Assembly: GCA_030704615.1 (NCBI GenBank)
Contig: CM060733.1
Span: 62,434,001-62,498,000, forward strand
DNA from: Takakia lepidozioides
Lineage: Eukaryota > Plantae > Bryophyta
Direction of reading: 5' to 3'
DNA: 64,000 nucleotides
Shown: positions 61,340 to 64,000 of the stretch, one piece after another
Layout of the letters: each line of letters opens with the position of its first letter
Position numbering within the stretch: position 1 is the stretch's first letter
Notes under the pieces: model-generated
What the model was told of the DNA's origin: nothing
The model's input: only the letters and a program-made list of their open reading frames with translations
Databases searched by the model: none
Made by a program: the position numbers and the translations under genes

Positions 61340-64000
61340 TTCTCCCAGTACATGATGTGTGGGGATGACATATACAGGGGAGTAGCCACGTAAGTACCGT
61401 GTGGTCTGGGGGCCGACCTTGGTAGCTGCCCGCATTGATGAGTGAGAACCATCTAGTTTCATTACATCGTTGTAGGAGTTTGTGGATATGCCATACAGCG
61501 TGCAATACGAAGCCCGTGAATGACTGGGTGGGGGCATTCGCTAAGAAGGTGGAGTCATGTATCACGTGTGGCGTGGCTGTGGGACCACAGAGGGCAGTTT
61601 GGTGAGGGGTATATGGCTGGCCAGAAGGTATGTTTGCATTGGTGGCCCATGTACTGGGCGTATCGGAATTTAAGGGTCTGTCGTATTTGAGTGTCTGATG
61701 CAACTTTGGTGTGCCAGAAGTGGTTGGAGAGTTTGTGGTAAAGTACATTGGAGAGGGTCCATTTTTGGATATGCAATTTGGTGTGGCTGAGAGAGGTAGA
61801 GGCCTGTTTATTGGCTTCTTTAGTCAGGGTAGTCAGAAGATTTCGGATTGGCCTGGGCTCTGGGGGGGTCAGGGACTGGATGTATCAGCCAAAAGGGGTG
61901 AGTATGAGCGATGTGTATGGGATCATCCGAGGGTTCAACTATAGGTTGGGAGGCACCCAGTTGGGCGAGAAGGTCAGCCTCCTCGTTGCCGTGGATACCT
62001 GTGTGTGAACGAACTTTGAGAAAATGAAGGGGTTTATTGATGGAGATGGCTAGGTTGATAATGGCGGTGATAAGGTTTTGGTCGGAGTGGTGGAGGTGGG
62101 AGGAGGGACAAGCCAAGTGGTTGCGAAGTATAAAGAGAGAATTTAGGCTATCCGTGAAGATGTAGTATGGGGGTGGGAATGAGGCCAGTTGTGACAGAGC
62201 TTAAAAAATGGCCATAAGTTCGGTGCGGAGTATGGTCGCGGGCCCTGGGAGACGATGTGCGGTTCCTTTATAGTAGCGGCATGGTAGACGCCGTATCCGG
62301 CACGGGAGCCAGATTGGGAGCCGTCTGTGTAGTGTGAGTGGAGGGGGGTGGTATTTAGGAGAAGTGGGCCCAAGGTGAACCGGGGGGGCGCTGCGGGAGG
62401 TGGTATGAGTGGGGCTGGGGCGGGGGGGGGGGCACTAAGGTCCATGCTTTTAGCTTAGTGGGTCTTTGGCAGTGGGGTTGCATGTTGGTGGAGGTGAGTA
62501 ACATGCTATGGGCATCGGAAAGTAGACAATTGAGATGAGCGGGGAAGTCGGAGGGTATGGGGGGGCATGAGGTAGCTTGGACAAGCAGAATTAGGGTCAG
62601 AGTAGTTTCCTTGTGGCGGAGGTATTTTGGGAATGGTAGGCTGTGTGTGTAGCGAAGATGGTTGGGCTCAATAGCGGCTAATGGTATCACTTCTGGAGGA
62701 AGTTATAGAAGGGGATGTTGGTGGTCAGGTGAGCTTTGTTGTCTAAGAATGAGAATAGTGGAGGCGGAGGGGGAGGAGTGGGCGACGAGGCGTTTCCATA
62801 GAAGAGCCTCGTGTGTGAGGGGCCTGGGAAGTGGGTGCGCAAGGCCACCGCTTGACCAAGAGTGTTGGGTAGCGGGGCCAAGGCTCCGAATACACAGTCT
62901 CGGGGGTGCGGGCTGGCGTAAGAAGAAAGCTCAAGGGGGCATGTAAGTGGGCTGGAGTAGTAAGAGTGGGTAAGCTGGAATGTAGAGATGAGGAATTTAA
63001 GGATGTCGGAGGGTATAGTGCTATGGGTATATGCTTGAGCTAGTTTATCGGGGGTGAGGGGTTTTTTTGTGGGGTAATCACGTAAATATCGGTCAACAAG
63101 CCAGCAGACCTCAGTGGCAAAGTCTTGTTTTGGGGGCTGTAACAGGATGGTGTCAGTTGAGGAGGCGTCATATCTATCCCAGAGCCAGGCGAGCCTGACA
63201 TTAGAGATAGAGCCGGTGAAGTGATCATTAAGTGTGTAGATATGGGATGTCAGGCGCCTAGGGCATAAAATGGGGGAGATTTGGTTAATATCCTTGTCGG
63301 GGTTGTTTTCATAGATGTGTATATGAATATGTGGAGCGTTCAAGGGGGTACGGATGTATCGAGCGTTTATTGGTTGGGTTTGAGATACATGATGTTGGTA
63401 GGTGTGCGCTAAGTAATTGGTGTTAGTTGTTTTGTAGAAGGTGATAAGGAGGCTGCGAGTAGGGTCGCAATCATCATGGGTTCCAAAGAGGTCGTCTTCG
63501 ATCTGCCAGGTGTTATCAGAGGGAAACCCGCCCATTTACATAGGTTATATGTGTCAACACAAGTGGCGTCGTGTACGTCGAGGGAGGTTTGAGTCTTGAT
63601 GCCGAGAATAGCTTCAATGACGAAGGCCTCGAGGTGGTCGGGGTTGGCTAGGCAGGGGGGAAGAGGAGGGGTAGGGGGGTTTAGAGGGTGGGGGGGGAAG
63701 TTGCTCATGGCAATTAACGGGGATTTGGGGGGGGGTTTCTGGGAGAGGGTGCTCCGGAGTGTCATGGGAGGTCATAACCTGCTGTAGTATTGAGGGGGCT
63801 GGGGCCGTTCTGAATTCGAGGAGGAGGTCTTGCTAGTTATGGCGGAAGAATAGGCATGGTAGGTCACAGTCGAGGGTGCACGAGGCTGTCTGGTGACAGA
63901 ATAAAGATCGGAGATGAAGCATGTATCTACGTGTTTTGATGGTAGCACGAGAGTGTTTCAGGGTAAATTGGTTTGGGTAAGCAGCCGGTTCCCCGTGGCA
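61340..64000 (-). mobile_element. Degenerate non-LTR (LINE-like) retrotransposon, C-terminal half: chromo-like domain, PCIF1-like methyltransferase domain, RNase H, zinc-binding motif; continues beyond the window
   Basis: RNase H: HYTDGSQ..AGYGVY, ELMAI, YIFTDSLNS, KVRSHTGIHGNEEADLLA (about 62335-61965). Downstream: LKFRYAQYMG..CPL..HLLSECPHP..HGLRI (CCHC-like motif of RLE-type LINEs). Upstream: FVIEAIL..CKWAGF..NTWQ (chromo-like) and TFQLTHSYYSSPLTC..SYAS..RDCVFG. Confidence 0.72.

Overview
Eukaryotic, intron-rich, repeat-rich genomic DNA, most consistent with a non-seed green plant (streptophyte); the taxon is inferred, not shown. There are two host genes: a complete 24-exon RRP44/DIS3 exosome nuclease (1563-9474, +), with a U12-type and a GC-AG intron, and an AMY2-like alpha-amylase (about 36816-42423, -; start unresolved) with a putative Helitron in one intron. 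Between them lies a 22 kb nest of one chromodomain-bearing Ty3/Gypsy family (11268-33507) showing a shared LTR, self-insertions and recombinant ends. The most notable structure is a 6.2 kb Mutator-like element (47157-53347; 9-bp TSD GGAGAAGCT, long imperfect TIRs). It carries a decayed transposase-like gene on the minus strand and, divergently, an intron-containing gene for a bacterial-type (beta-class N4C/N6A) DNA amino-methyltransferase. A second methyltransferase-like domain (PCIF1/CAPAM-like) sits between a chromo-like domain and RNase H in a LINE-like element at the right end. A HARE-HTH + WRC-like gene fragment is bracketed by pieces of the Gypsy family. All domain calls come from motif recognition by eye; no searches were run. 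Many frameshifts in the repeats may be sequencing errors.
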